DNA of 64,000 nucleotides from Chiloscyllium plagiosum (GCF_004010195.1 NC_057719.1:28505153-28569152); one strand, 5' to 3'. Positions 24,900-37,255 are shown, counted from the first letter of the stretch. Notes: generated by a model from the sequence alone, not told the origin. Numbers and translations are program-made.

Positions 24900-25907
24900 C
24901 TGTAAACAAATATAGCAAAATCTGCATAACTTTCAGGCTTCGGCCAATAAGGGGCAAGTAATATTCTCACTAGTCAAGGAGATGGACATGTTGCAGTTTG
25001 GCCCTGTGTGACATCAGACCTGCACCATGAGCCAGCAGTGTATATGGCAAACACACTGCATTTTCATCAATCAAATGGCCATGTCTCAAAGTCCAGGGAA
25101 GTAATCCTCAAGCAAGTCAATGGAGTCTCATGCCTCATGCTGGAAATCAAGCCAAGCTATTCTGCCCGTTATCATGGAAGTTGAAGATGTGAAAAATTAT
25201 GTAGAATTCCTTAATGTATCTGACTTTCAGACCCAGGTTGACGGAAAGCATGGACCAGGTTTCTGTACTTACCAAGATTTTCTTGTTGCAAAAAATAGAT
25301 TCTAGCTACAGATTAACAATTATGATCTATTGACGTAACTCTCCTCATTAAAATTCAAAATCCCTTCTAAACCCCTCTTCTACACAGAAATGCAGACAGA
25401 CACGGACAGGAAAAGAAATTAATATTATTTGGTGGAGGAAAAGCTGTTTGTACGTTCACAGAGTGTGCTGAGTCGATCCCTTATGATGATCAGAATACTG
25501 CTTCTGGGTCTTCCTTCTCCAGGTATCTTCATCTGTTTGCAAGATGCAAATGGTGACTGGTTCCCACTCAAAGGGTTTTGACTTATCGATTAAAAGTCAC
25601 AGCTTACAACATTTGGAAAGGGGAAATAAACTGGCTATTTTCAGACTTTCAGATGCATTTTTTATTGCAAAGCAAAACAGCTCTTTCCCTCCACAGGTCT
25701 GATGACTATGAATAAAAGATTCATAACCACAAACTGTTTAGCTATCTGGAAGCTAATCCTACAGTTGTTGGCAGGCAGAAGACCTTTATCATCAATAACT
25801 GGTCACTAGTCCACTAATAGTCTGCAGACTAATCAGCTTGTTCTCAGCCCAAGTTCCACTTGTACACAGCCCTTGGCTCCAGCTCACCTGCAAACTAAGC
25901 TTCCACT

Positions 25908-26019
25908 ATCCTGTTCTGAAGAAGGGTCGCTAGACCTGAAACTTTAACTGTGCTTTTTCTCCAAAATGCTGACAGACTTGCTGAGCTTTTCCAGCAAATT
26001 CTGTTTGTTGAAGTTGTTC
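25908..26019 (+). mobile_element. Penelope terminal fragment (third subfamily) with hammerhead core
   Basis: gtt-CTGAAGA-agggtcgctagacct-GAAAC-tttaac; TSD AAGCTTCCACT at 25897-25907 / 26020-26030. Confidence 0.7.
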
Positions 26020-26889
26020 AAGCTTCCACTTTCACCTGAACAAACAGCAGTGTAAAAAGTGTTCTCAATGAGGGCCAGGTAATTTGATTTTAAAAACTAC
26101 AACAATCCTTGATTTCCAAAACAGTTCTGATCCCACTTCAATTCACAATCTAAAAATATAGAAACATAGAAAGATATGGTCTTTAGAGTCTTAGGTCAAG
26201 GAGTCCTTGAATAGTCAGCCAAAGGCTGCACCACATATCAGTCCAGGGGCTTGGACATGGTCTGTCAGCTGCTTGGGGCCAATGTTCCCTCTAGGTTGTG
26301 TGACTGTTTCGAGGATCCACAGGTATAGATTGGTGGGCAAACACTGTTTGGAGCATTGAATTCTGGTTCTGGAAGTTATTGCAGCGCTCGGATCTCACAG
26401 ATCTGCACAGAACAAAAAACATTAGCGGGATGCTGCTAGGGATGGTCAGTGATTGGGAGTCTGCATCATTACAGTTTGGGGAGTGGATTACAATCAGTCC
26501 TGCAGGTTCAATACAGCCAGCCTGGGGAGTTATGGTGAATCATTCGGGGAGCTGTACACAGATCAGTCGGGGTCTGCTCACTCAGCTTTCAGGGCAGTCC
26601 ACCCAAGTTATTCAGAGGGGATGGGTCATAGCTCAGTGAAAGTCAAGGGGTATATCCTGGGCCACTTCTGTGACAGACAATGTGGGGACTCAATTCTGGC
26701 GACTGGAGGCAGCATGCTGGGATGAGAGGGAAACTCATCATATGGGGGCGGGGGGGTGGGTGACAATAGTGTCTTGCTGTGTTCTTCCAGCATCCTGCTG
26801 GTCTACCTTGGAATCTAGCATATGCAGTTTTTTTTGTCTCTAACCAAAGAAGCAATAGAGCCAGCTTCATTAAATCTATCCAAGACACA

Positions 26890-27148
26890 GTTGGATGGGT
26901 TTTTGCACGGTAGGGGAATTAAGGGTTATGGGGATAATGCAGTATGAGGAGCTGAGACGATGGATAGATCAGCCATGATCTTAATGAATGGCGGAGCAGG
27001 CTTGATTGGCCAAATGGATTTTGAATTAGTGGTGCTGGAAGAGCACAGCAGTTCAGGCAGCATCCAAGGAGGTTTCCAGCATCTGAAGTCATTGTTTTTA
27101 CCTTGTTGATTGGCCAAGTGGCCTACTCCTGCTTCTATTGCTATGAAA
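26890..27148 (+). mobile_element. CR1 3' tail fragment containing a Penelope-derived insert (27018-27105)
   Basis: Tail gatcagccatgatc..gaatggcggagcaggc..ggcctactcctgct; TSD TTGATTGGCCAARTGG at 27002-27017 / 27106-27121. Confidence 0.75.
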
Positions 27149-27841
27149 CTCACCACTTGCCTTCCCAAGCATGTCTGCTAAGCATCTTAAAGGGAAAGCC
27201 AGAAGCATTATCAATTAATGCAGCTCCAACAACTTGACAAGAAACCTGACATAACAAGACAAATAATCCATTTGATTTACACCATGTTGACTCTGTTAAA
27301 CACTCACACCATCCACCATTGTCCTGGTGTCAGGAGTCTACCAAAATCTCTTGACAGCATCTCCCAATCCTGAGACCTCCACCAGTTAGAAAGACAAAGA
27401 CAGCTGGTATATGGGAGCACCTGACCGCCAAGTAACACACTATATATATTTCCATTTTATCATCTCAGAGTCAAAGCTCTACGGATGGCCTCTTAGCAGC
27501 ATCGTTTGCACCTCCTCCAGGACAACTAAAGGTGGGAAATAAATGGGGTTCTTGCTTACTTAGCTGTCAATAGCAGAAAAAAATTGAGTGATGATGTCAA
27601 AGGAAATGGAGGTGGAATACAGAGTCAGCCTCGGAGCAATATCACTGCAGTTAGGAGATCTAAGGGTTAGTAAGTTATTTAGTATTTTCTCAGTATCAGC
27701 CTCAATTCACACATTATCCTATGTTGTCATGCTACTTCTTATATTAGTAACTAGCTGAATGGTACTGGCTTGTGACAATATACATTATACACTAGAAGCA
27801 AACTCCTTCTGATGTAATTCATGCTCCAGGGTCACAAGTAC

Positions 27842-29686
27842 CTGATTCAAATGATTGTTTTTGACTAAGTCACCACTCGAATGCGATCAAAAATCAGTTT
27901 CAATAATGGTACGGGTCACCAATTCTTCTGGATGAGAGCCTGACATTGCACAGTTTGAAACACTGTTGCAGCTCAAATATGCATTTCTATCGTATGCAAC
28001 AATATCACGCCATGCAGGTATACAGGCAGACACTGATGTCATTGATATGCCATTTCTACTAACCAGGAAGTTAAATAGCATTAATGTACTCCATTAATAT
28101 ACTAAGAAATTTATCTTGCATTATATTTCAATTAAAATAGTTTTTACGGATTTGAGTAGTATCCACTTTTCCAATGATAGTTATAAAACTCTATTAGTAG
28201 GTCTGATGCAAACACAAACTTTTTTTAAGGTTCTTGCATAAATATTTTATAGTATTCCCTTCTTATAAATTGTTAAGATTAATTTGGATATATTCCCGGT
28301 AGGGTGAAATGTTTTATAGCAGTTCTCTGCATTCCTTTTACTTACCAAGTTCACTGCTCCCAGGGGTGAATGTCTCAGTTTCAGGTTTCACATTTGGTCA
28401 AACTGTGATAGGGGGAGTTTGACTAGCGACAGCAGCTTACAATTAAACATGTTAGAGACTATCTGATCAAAACATCACATTAAACAGTGCATCAGTAGTC
28501 AACCAAACTTAACTTAAAGCTCCAGATGAATATTACTTGGGCAAATACATATGAAACATAAAAAATATAAAATTACCTTTCCTATTGTTGTAGTTTTTGT
28601 GCCTTGGACATAAACCAAACTGAGAAATTCTCTATCAGCAGCAATCACTGGGCAATGGAAATGTCTTTCATTTTACTCAGTAGCCTTTGGTGTTTTATTT
28701 TCGTTCTCATTCACAAAATCTTGAAACAAATCAAAATGTAATATGTTTCAAAACATGAGTATTAAATAATTGAACCATGTAATAGAATTGTTAATGTTTA
28801 TGACTCTATTTGGTGCCCCCCACCCCCCATCTTTTTCTGTACTGGCTAGAAAGAGAATTATTTTGTTAAACAAAATTTCAATTTATCTACGGAGAGCAAA
28901 TGAGAAGATGGAATTATGGTATTTACTTAATTAAAAAAAAACACAGCTACAATATGTGAATTGGATCTATCTCTTTGAATGGTTACACTTAAGGGATCTG
29001 TTTCACCAAACAAAATCCGATTGATCACTGGAGTAAATGCAAAGCAATCTATTGTTGTATTAGCTTTGTCAGTCTTAAATCTGAGTACAATCTCAAATTT
29101 GTATGGTTTCATCTCGACTGTCAAGATACATTGCAAGTTGTAATTGCAACCTCAACGTCAGCTGTCTTATTTTATAAAGCATGACTATTGTACACATCTG
29201 TAATTTAGCAAATCATAATTATTCCAATATTTGAATTTTAGGAGGATCACTTTTTTGCATCCGACTTCGATTAAGAATGCTGCATGATACATCACTGAAA
29301 CGGTTAATGTGTGTCAGAGCCCATCAGTGTCATCTAGGCAGGGTTTACAAAACAATTTTTTTTTGAAAGATCTGAAGCACTGAAACTATTAATCATATTC
29401 TTTGATTTTATAGCTCCACTACAATAAAGCTAGAAGAATTCTAGAAATGGAAAGCCTCCTTTCTTACAATGAATGCTGCTGTGACCTTTAGGTTGCTGAC
29501 AATAGTATTCTGACATCATGTAAAACAACCTTCAAATTTAAACCAGGTGCAGATAGTTTGCTGGCGTCTTGTGGCTGCCATTCTGTCCACAGACTTATGG
29601 ACAGAAGTGCTGAGGTACCAAGTGTAATTGCATGGATATACCACACACAGCCAAAGCCTAGAGAGAGATGGCTTGAACAGCTGATG
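27842..29686 (-). pseudogene. Cluster of about 5 candidate decayed exons (C2-domain-like)
   Basis: AG..GT-bounded segments at 29530-29686, ~28927-29333, 28577-28719, 28346-28435 and 27842-~28055. Joining the third and fourth gives ...KTPKATE*NERHFHCPVIAADREFLSLVYVQGTKTTTIGK|LLSLVKLPLSQFDQM*NLKLRHSPLGAVNL. Confidence 0.5.
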
Positions 29687-30754
29687 CTATTAAAATATAT
29701 TTATATTCAAAACAGCTACACTTTCTCAGTTAACTGTGGTGTGCTTGCATTCTGCAGACTCTTCAACTGACCATCCTTGGAAAGGGATTTATTTAGACTT
29801 TGATTAAAAAAAAATCTTAGTCATAGCCATTTTAATTATTCTGCCATCAAAAACACTTATGCTTTTCATGTCTGGTACCATATTTGCTGTCATGAATGAT
29901 ACTTAAAATCATCAGCAGTGAATAAAACAATTTAAGTCAATTGCTTATCATGTGCAAACATGGGATTTTTGAAGAGGCACTATTAGACTCCCAAAACCAT
30001 AAATAAATCATACTGTCATGGATTGGGGCCAAGGATTGGATTTCTTACTGTTTGTCACTAGAGATTCCCCAAATGAATCTACCGGGTTTACACTATTTGA
30101 GTTGATTTATGATCATGAAAGTCAATTAAAATGGATTAGGGAGAAATACTTGAAACAAAAAGTCAAATCCTCAACATTAGATTCCATATTTCCAGAAAGA
30201 TTCATAGGAGCATGTTAAGTAGTACAGGAGAGCATCTGAAGGCTTCACAAATGAAAAGATTGCACAGATAAATATTCTTAACTAGAACATTTCAAGTGGC
30301 TGATGAAGTACTGATTTTGTTGCTTTTGCAAGATGAACCTCTGAAAGTCAAGTTCAGTGACCGCGACAAGGTATGGAAAGTGTGTAAGGTGACTGACCAA
30401 TCTAATAGCTACTCCTGATTGTAGGAATAAGAATCAGTTTATGTCACATAAACATGTTGAAATGGTATCATCAAAAAGAGGATAAAGAGGAGCAGGTGGT
30501 AAGAATGGTGGAGGATAACAGAGACAAGACTGACAGCAATGTGTTGTCTCTTAGCTGCCCTCTGATCAATTAGGGATGGACAATAAATTCTAGCCTAGCC
30601 AGTGATACACACACTTTAACAAATAAAGAAAAATGGAGTGAGGTTAAAGGAGAGGTAGACAGCTATCCAAGTGAACTTCCTACAATTTGATTAGGCAACA
30701 CAGAAATGCCCAGGCAGTTGAGCATTATGTTCTCATATTTAAAGGAAGGAAAAT

Positions 30755-31992
30755 GAGAGTTCCTTAGGGTAGTGTCCTAGGTCCAAACATCTTCTGCTCA
30801 TTCATCAATAACCTTCCCTCCACTATAAGGTCAGAAGTGGGGATTTTCACCGATGATTGCACAATGTTCAGCACCATTTGCGACTCCTCATATACTACAG
30901 CAGTCCATGTTTATGTGCAATAAGATCTGGACAATATCCAGGCTTGGGCTGATAAATGACAAGTAATATTTGTGCCACACAAATGCCAGGCTATGACTAT
31001 CTCCAACATGAGACAATCTTACTACTGCCCCTTGACATTCAATGTTGTTACAATCACTGAATTCCCCCACTATCAACAGCCTTGGGATTACCAGTGACCA
31101 GAAGCTCAATTGGACTTGCCACATAAACACAATGGTTACAAGAGCAGGTCAGAGGCTAGGAATACTATAGCAATTAACTCACCTCCTGACTCCCCAGAAC
31201 CTATTCACCATCTACAAGGCACAAGGAAGGACGGGGATGGAATACTTCACACGTGTCTGGATGGCTGCAGCTCCAACAACACTCAAGATGCTTGACAACA
31301 TCCAGGACAAAGCGTTTCAGAGAACACCTCTGGGACACCCGGACCAACCAACCCAACCACCCTGTGGCTCAACATTTCAATTCCCCCTCCCACTCCACCA
31401 AGGATATGCAGGTCTTTGGACTCCTCCATCGTCAGACCACAACAAAACGATGTTTGGAGGAAGAACGCCTCATCTTCCGCCTAGGAACCCTCCAACCACA
31501 AGGGATGAACTCGGATTTCACCAGTTTCCTCATTTCCCCTCCCCCCACCCTGTCTCAGTCAAATCCATCGAATTCAGCACCGCCTTCCTAACCTGCAATC
31601 TTCTTCCCGACCTCTCCGCCCCCACCCCAGTCTGACCTATCACCCTCACCTTGACCTCTTTCCACCTATCACATTTCCGACGCCCCTCCCCCCCACCTTT
31701 TATCTTAGCCTGCTGGACAAACTTTCCTCATTCCTGAAGAAGGACTTATGCCCGAAACGTCGATTCTCCTGTTCCCTGGATGCTGCCTGACCTGCTGCGC
31801 TTTTCCAGCAACACATTTCCAACTCCCTCCACCACCAATGCTCTACAAGATGCACTGCAGAAACTGACCGAAGATCTTCAGACATCACCTTCCAAACCCA
31901 TGACCACTTCCAGCTAGAAGGACAAGGGCAGCAATTACATGGGAACACCACCACCTGCATGTTATTTTTCAAGCCATTCACCATCCTGGCTT
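30755..31992 (+). mobile_element. L2/CR1-group LINE RT fragment inside the Gypsy remnant
   Basis: VP*GSVLGP, FTDDCT, WADK*QV and MEYFTRVWMAAAPTTLKMLDNIQDKA motifs. Confidence 0.75.
31310..31821 (+). mobile_element. Penelope-like element 3' fragment (GIY-YIG C-terminus + terminal repeat with hammerhead core)
   Basis: RFREHL..HPVAQHFNSPSH..LEEERLIFRLGTLQPQGMN; hammerhead core at 31734-31761. Confidence 0.88.
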
Positions 31993-32094
31993 AGTTAAGC
32001 CCAGAAAAACACACTTATGTGGAAACAAAGACTCAATACTTGCTGGAAAATTATTTGATTGAACCTAGTCAAAGCAGCTACAGTTCACCATTAG

Positions 32095-32311
32095 AGTCAA
32101 GATTAGAGTGGTGCTGGAAAAGCACAGCAGGTCAGGCAACATCTGAGGAACTGGACAATCGACATTTTGGGCAAAAGCCCTTTCCTGATGAAGGGCTTTT
32201 GCCCAAAACATCACTTTTCCTGCTCCTCGGATGCTGCCTGACCTGCTATGCTTTTCTAGCACCACTCTAATCTTGACTCTAATCTCTAGCATTTGCAGTA
32301 CCCACTTCTGC
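32095..32311. mobile_element. Penelope-derived fold-back element with 15-bp TSD
   Basis: Inverted arms around ~32183; TSD ACAGTTCACCATTAG at 32080-32094 / 32312-32326. Confidence 0.85.
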
Positions 32312-32639
32312 ACAGTTCACCATTAGCAAATCCTAAAACTAAACAAGAAAGCAGGAGGTTTTTAGGAATGTGTGTGGATGTTACTGGGCATAATTTCAGC
32401 TCAATAGCAATAAATTTAACAATTTTGTTAAGGGAACAAGCAAAGATGGTGTAGTCAGTGGAATGCCAAGTAGCATTTGAGAAACTGGAAGCAATTTTGT
32501 AAACATATCAAGAGTGGCAATACCGCTATTTACCTAACAAATAAACCCGTATCAGAGGAAGTACTCTACTGCAGAAAAAAATACTTTGGGATTATTATTG
32601 ACTCTTCAACACTTTGAAGCCTATATTCAACATTGTAAG

Positions 32640-33450
32640 AGAAGCATTAATCACACAGAATCATCATGGTGCATAAAGAGGCTATTGCCCATCATTCCTG
32701 CACTGACTTTATTATCTAGTGTTGATTTCCTGCCTTTTCTCCATATTCCTGCGCACCATTTCTATTAGTTGAACGTGCCTCCACTACATTGCCATACCCT
32801 AATTATCCAGTGTGAAAAAGTTCTCTTTAATCACTCTGCTTAATTTGCACATTAGATCAAGTCTATGTCCTTGTGTTCCTTTTTCTTTCATGAGCAGGGA
32901 CAGCTTCTCCTTATCTACTCTAACTAGCCTGCTCATAATTTTGAAACCTCTATCAAATCTCCTCTCAGTCTTCCCTCCAAGGAAAACAGTCCCAACTTCT
33001 TCAGTCTATCATCAAAATTGAAGTTTCTAATTTCTGGAAGCATCCTAGTAAGTCACTTCTGTACTTTCTCCAATGTATAACATCTTTCCTATAATGGGAT
33101 ATCCACAACTATACATAGAACTCCACGAGGTCTAACAATCATCTCGTACAATTTCAACTATCTCCTTGCTCTTGTACTCTATGCCCTTATTAAATAGGCT
33201 GAGAACACTGTTTGCTTTATCACGAGCTCTCTCCATGTTTTGCCACGTTTGATGATCTGGGCACATATATATCCAGTTCCTTCTGCTCCTGCACCCCCTT
33301 TAAAATTGTAGCCTTTACTTTACATTGTTTTTCAATATTCTTCCAACCAAAGTGCATCATCTCACACTTCTCTCCATCACATCTCATCTGCCCTCTCCAT
33401 CAACTCGTCAATGTTCTTTTGGAGTTCCACACTATCATCCTCACAGTTAA
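32640..33450 (-). mobile_element. Old CR1 3' remnant
   Basis: Diverged match to the CR1 3' region seen elsewhere in the window (acctctatcaaatctcctctcagtctt, catcctagtaagtcacttctg). Confidence 0.65.
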
Positions 33451-33462
33451 TTATCATAAGCC

Positions 33463-33776
33463 ATCAGCACAATGGCTCAGTGGTTAGCACTACTGACTCT
33501 CAATACCAGTGATCCAGGTTCAAGCCGACGCTTGGATGACTGTCTACATGGGTTTCCTCCCACAATTCAAAGATGTGCAGATGAGGTGGAATGGCTACGC
33601 TAAGTTGTCCAGGGATATGTAGGTTACATGGATCGGCCATGGGAGGGAGAGGGAGGAGAGAGGAGAGAGATCTGGGTGGGATACTCTCTGGAGAGTTCTG
33701 GGTGGGATACTCTCTGGAGAGTTGGTGCAGACTCGATGGCCAAATGGCCTGTACCCATACTGTAGGGATTCTATGA
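33463..33776 (+). mobile_element. Older HE1-like SINE
   Basis: ggctcagtggttagcact (A box), ggttcaagcc (B box), V-domain and tail tgtagggattctatg. Confidence 0.75.
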
Positions 33777-33935
33777 GTCACTTGTTGATAAGTTTAAAAT
33801 TGAATACATGATTATTCTATTATTTCATCCATTCAATATTAAGATTATTCACATTACTGGAACCAATAAAGCAATTACAGGAGGAAGGATGAATCAATGC
33901 AGGCATTATGGTGTGTTATTTGTTTGTTATATAAC

Positions 33936-34256
33936 CTTGTGAGGATATACGTGATTGAAACTGTGGAATGCATTGCTGCAGCTTAAGTCCTGTTTGTACT
34001 GCTGCTTTCTTCAAGTACTGGGTGGAGGGCTGTTTGTACATGACCTGACAGCAGAATTTTTGAAGAGTGTGAAATGGCTAGCAATAGGTAGCTGATTGTG
34101 CAGAAGTGACTAGTCATAAATGCCAAACCAAAGATCATCATCTTGGTGAGAACTTTGATGATTGGTTCCTCAGTAGCTAGATAGTTGTGATGTGAACGAG
34201 TCATTGAGAAGACTTTGCATGGAAGTGTGTATGAGCGCGAACATTGCTACCTTTCT
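33936..34256 (-). pseudogene. Candidate decayed exon of an uncharacterised C2-like gene
   Basis: Strong acceptor ttttattttaattatag|, donor caag|gttata; 321 bp. The frame includes QDDDLWFGIYD*SLLHNQLPIASHFTLFKN and has 3 stops in 107 codons. Confidence 0.35.
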
Positions 34257-35215
34257 CTATAATTAAAATAAAAATGGAATTGAGTCAGTTGTTTTCTCCC
34301 AGCTGTTGTTATAAGCTGCTGCCTTTATTTCATTATTCCATTAGCTAACTGGAAAGTTTTTCCTTGTCTACATACTTAAGTAACCTATAAAACCTTCCAT
34401 GTTCTCCTCGGAGCAAAGGACATCAGTTTTTTTTCCCCGTCATTAGACATGAGCAGAAGTAGGCCATTCGGCCCACTGTCTGATCATGTCTTATGGCATA
34501 AAAAAAAAACTGATGTCCTTTGCTCCAAGGAGAACACAGGGAAGACTTTATAGAAGACTTAATTATGGCAGACATGGAAAAATGTTCCAATTAGCTAATG
34601 AAATAATGACTAGAGGACACAAGCTAAGGTTTGGGTGCAGGAAGAAATGAACATACAATGAGTTGACCATTCAGTCCCTAAAGCTTACTTCACCATTTAA
34701 GAACATGGCAGATTGGACTGTAACCTTGAATCCATTCTCACCTAATGATCTTCTACTCCTTTGCTTACCAATAATTGATCCAGCTCTGCTGTAAGACTGT
34801 TTGAAGGCTCTGCTTGCATCACTTTTCAGGAACAGTTCCAAAGGCTCAAATGACCCAGTCAGAGATTTCACCTCATCTTAACTTTAATTGAGCAGCCCCA
34901 TGTTTTTCCAAGTGACACCTTGGTCTGGATTCCCCTATAAAAGCAAACAATTTCCACATCTATCCTATCAAGGCCTCTCAGGATCTTGAGTTTCAATCAA
35001 GTCACCTCTTATTCCTCTAAACTCCAGAAGATACAAACTTAGCCTGTTCAACCTTTCCTCACAAAAGAATAATACCCATTCCAAACATTCATCAGTTAGC
35101 CTTCTCTGAAGGCCTCTGCTGCATTTACATCCTTCTTTGCATGAAAGACCAATGCTGTGGTCTCAGTTCTGAGAAACTGAAACGTAAGCTTCCTACTTTT
35201 ATATTCAAGTTTATA

Positions 35216-35685
35216 TGTAAACAGATGAGACTTCAGGCCAAAGTGATCATATTTTGGAAGTGACCTGTATAATGAAAGGGGAGTGGTCAGCTCTCTAGCT
35301 AAGCAGTTCAGTCCAGAACTAGTTGAGAGTTCAGCAGTGAGCTGTGTGAACAGGCTCTCTCTCCTTCTGCCCTTCTAACTTCAACCTGTAAGCATCTGTT
35401 CCTTTGTTTTTAATACTGTTTAAAAGGGGGTTTGCTTATTGGGACTGTTGTGTATATTCAGAACAGCATAATTAAGTCTAGTGTGGACGGACTGAGTTCT
35501 GTTAGGGTTCTTTATGTTTCATTGTGTAATTTTGTGAATAATTTTTGTTGGTTTTAAAACCTGGTAGAAAACCTAGCTAACTTACTGTTTTGATAAGTGT
35601 ACAGTGAAAATTATCTAATCTGCAAAGTTATGGTCTGGGCTGCCTTCTTAAGAATGCTTTGAGTGGTCTGACCTAGTCCACAACA
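35216..35685 (+). mobile_element. Solo LTR-like repeat
   Basis: TG...CA ends; shares ggggagtggYcagYtctc and the 3'-terminal ggtctRggct..ttctt..ttgag.gg.tctg.cct.gtcca block with 59868-63826. Confidence 0.6.
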
Positions 35686-36719
35686 TTACCAATATGTTAG
35701 CCTTCCACTACAAGCATTCATTTTCTACAATGACTTGTGGCATTCATTTTCTACAATGACTTGTGGCACTTTGTACTGTACTTGCTTTTGAGAAATGCAA
35801 GTACAGTACAACCTCAGATTTCCCATTTTGAAGAAATTTGTTCAGTAATAAGTCCAATAGGTTGGTTAAAAGAGATCATTTAATAACACAAGCATTAATG
35901 AATTTGAACACTACCCACAAGAAAACAGATTAACTAGCCTCCTGTGCCATAAATAACTCCATGATCTGGCAACTCATTTCATTGCTGCATGCAGGAGCTC
36001 AAGTGCAATCTCGTCATTACAATTTCTACATTAGAAGTGACTCAAATTCAAATGTACTCCATTGCTGTAAAGTATGTTACAACCATCCCAAGCTAGGGAA
36101 TGATGCAACATAATGCAAGTTATGGTGCACAACAGTTAGTTCCATATAGTATGACTTAATATGTGGAAGGGATCTCAAAGCAATATAATAAAAAGTTAAT
36201 TTCACTAAATGAAAAGACCTTCAATCTCTATTTGAGCACAATTGACTTCCAATTATATTATTTCTCTTCAACATATTTAGATTTTCTATGTTAATATGTT
36301 GTAATAGAGGAAAGGTCTTTCCTGCATCAACATATCTTCTAATGAGTCCAGAATCTGGATTGTTTATGGAGTCTTTGATTTAAAGGGATAACGGAGGTAC
36401 CATCTAGTTGTTTTCAGTGCTAGGAGTAGTACTTTCAGGCTTAATTTTTTTTTTAAAGCAACTCAAGGTGGGGTGACGGGTAAAAGAGGTATGCATATTC
36501 TTTTAGTAGATGACAAAAAGAATTGTGCAAATATTTCTGAAACGCAACTTGGATAATTATATTGTTAAAATATTTTGCAAACATGCTAGGGTTGGAAGTG
36601 TTCTAGAGTATAATGATGTGCGGGTTATTATTTCAATTAAGGGGGTTTGAGAGAGGATTGCAATAGTCTAACATACTATGCTGTAGAAGTTCAGACTATA
36701 CAAGAAGTCAAAAGTGGTA

Positions 36720-37255
36720 GCAGCAAGGTAACATTTCAATTTTAGAAAAAAAAGGTGTTTGATAAGATGCTACACTTTAGCTATTTAAGAGTCCATGGTG
36801 TTCCAAGTAATATTAGCCTGGAGAGAAAATTGGGACAAATGGGCATTTTGAGGATGACGACTTAACTGGGAGTGCCATGGTCATCAGTGCTGGATCTACA
36901 ATTATTTACTATTTAATGGTTTGGATGAGGAAAGTGAATTTATTTTAGCTGAGGTTGCAGATGACAAAAATAGGCGAGAAGGTACAGGGTGATGGAGATT
37001 ACAGTGGGACAGACAAGTTAGGTGAGGGGGCTAAAATCTTGGTATGTGGAATATAAAGATTGAGGTTATGCACTTTGGCAGGAAGAATAGAGCACCTGAA
37101 TCTTATTTAATTAGATAAAGACTACAGAAGAGCTAACTAGGGTGATTTGGGAACCTTGTCATCCACGAGCCACAAAAGATAGCACCCTAGTTCAGACAAA
37201 CAAGGGTTACGAGTGGCATTGAGGATTATCAGATCAGTCATGATAGCATTGAGTT
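36720..37255 (+). mobile_element. Highly degraded CR1 RT remnant
   Basis: ggagtgcca..tcagtgctgg, ttgcagatgac and gaggttatgcactttggcaggaagaatag blocks. Confidence 0.6.

Larger units (their letters stand above)
29980..32510 (+). mobile_element. Degraded Gypsy LTR-retrotransposon internal region, Gmr1-type order (integrase before RT)
   Basis: Integrase DWGQGLDFLLFVTRDSPNESTGFTLFELIY (30018) and RTFQVADEVLILL..LCHINMLKWY; RT start YLLENYLIEPSQSSYSSP (32019) and RRFLGMC..ECQVAFEKL further downstream. Confidence 0.75.

Noticed and set aside
25200..26200. Possible further LTR-like repeat
   Set aside because: The composition is suggestive, but I could not define ends, a TSD or a second copy.
35714..35765. 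26-bp tandem duplication (similar one at ~33672-33723)
   Set aside because: Ordinary slippage duplication with no sign of function.
36218..36440. An additional upstream pseudo-exon
   Set aside because: Weak splice sites and no convincing frame; left uncalled.
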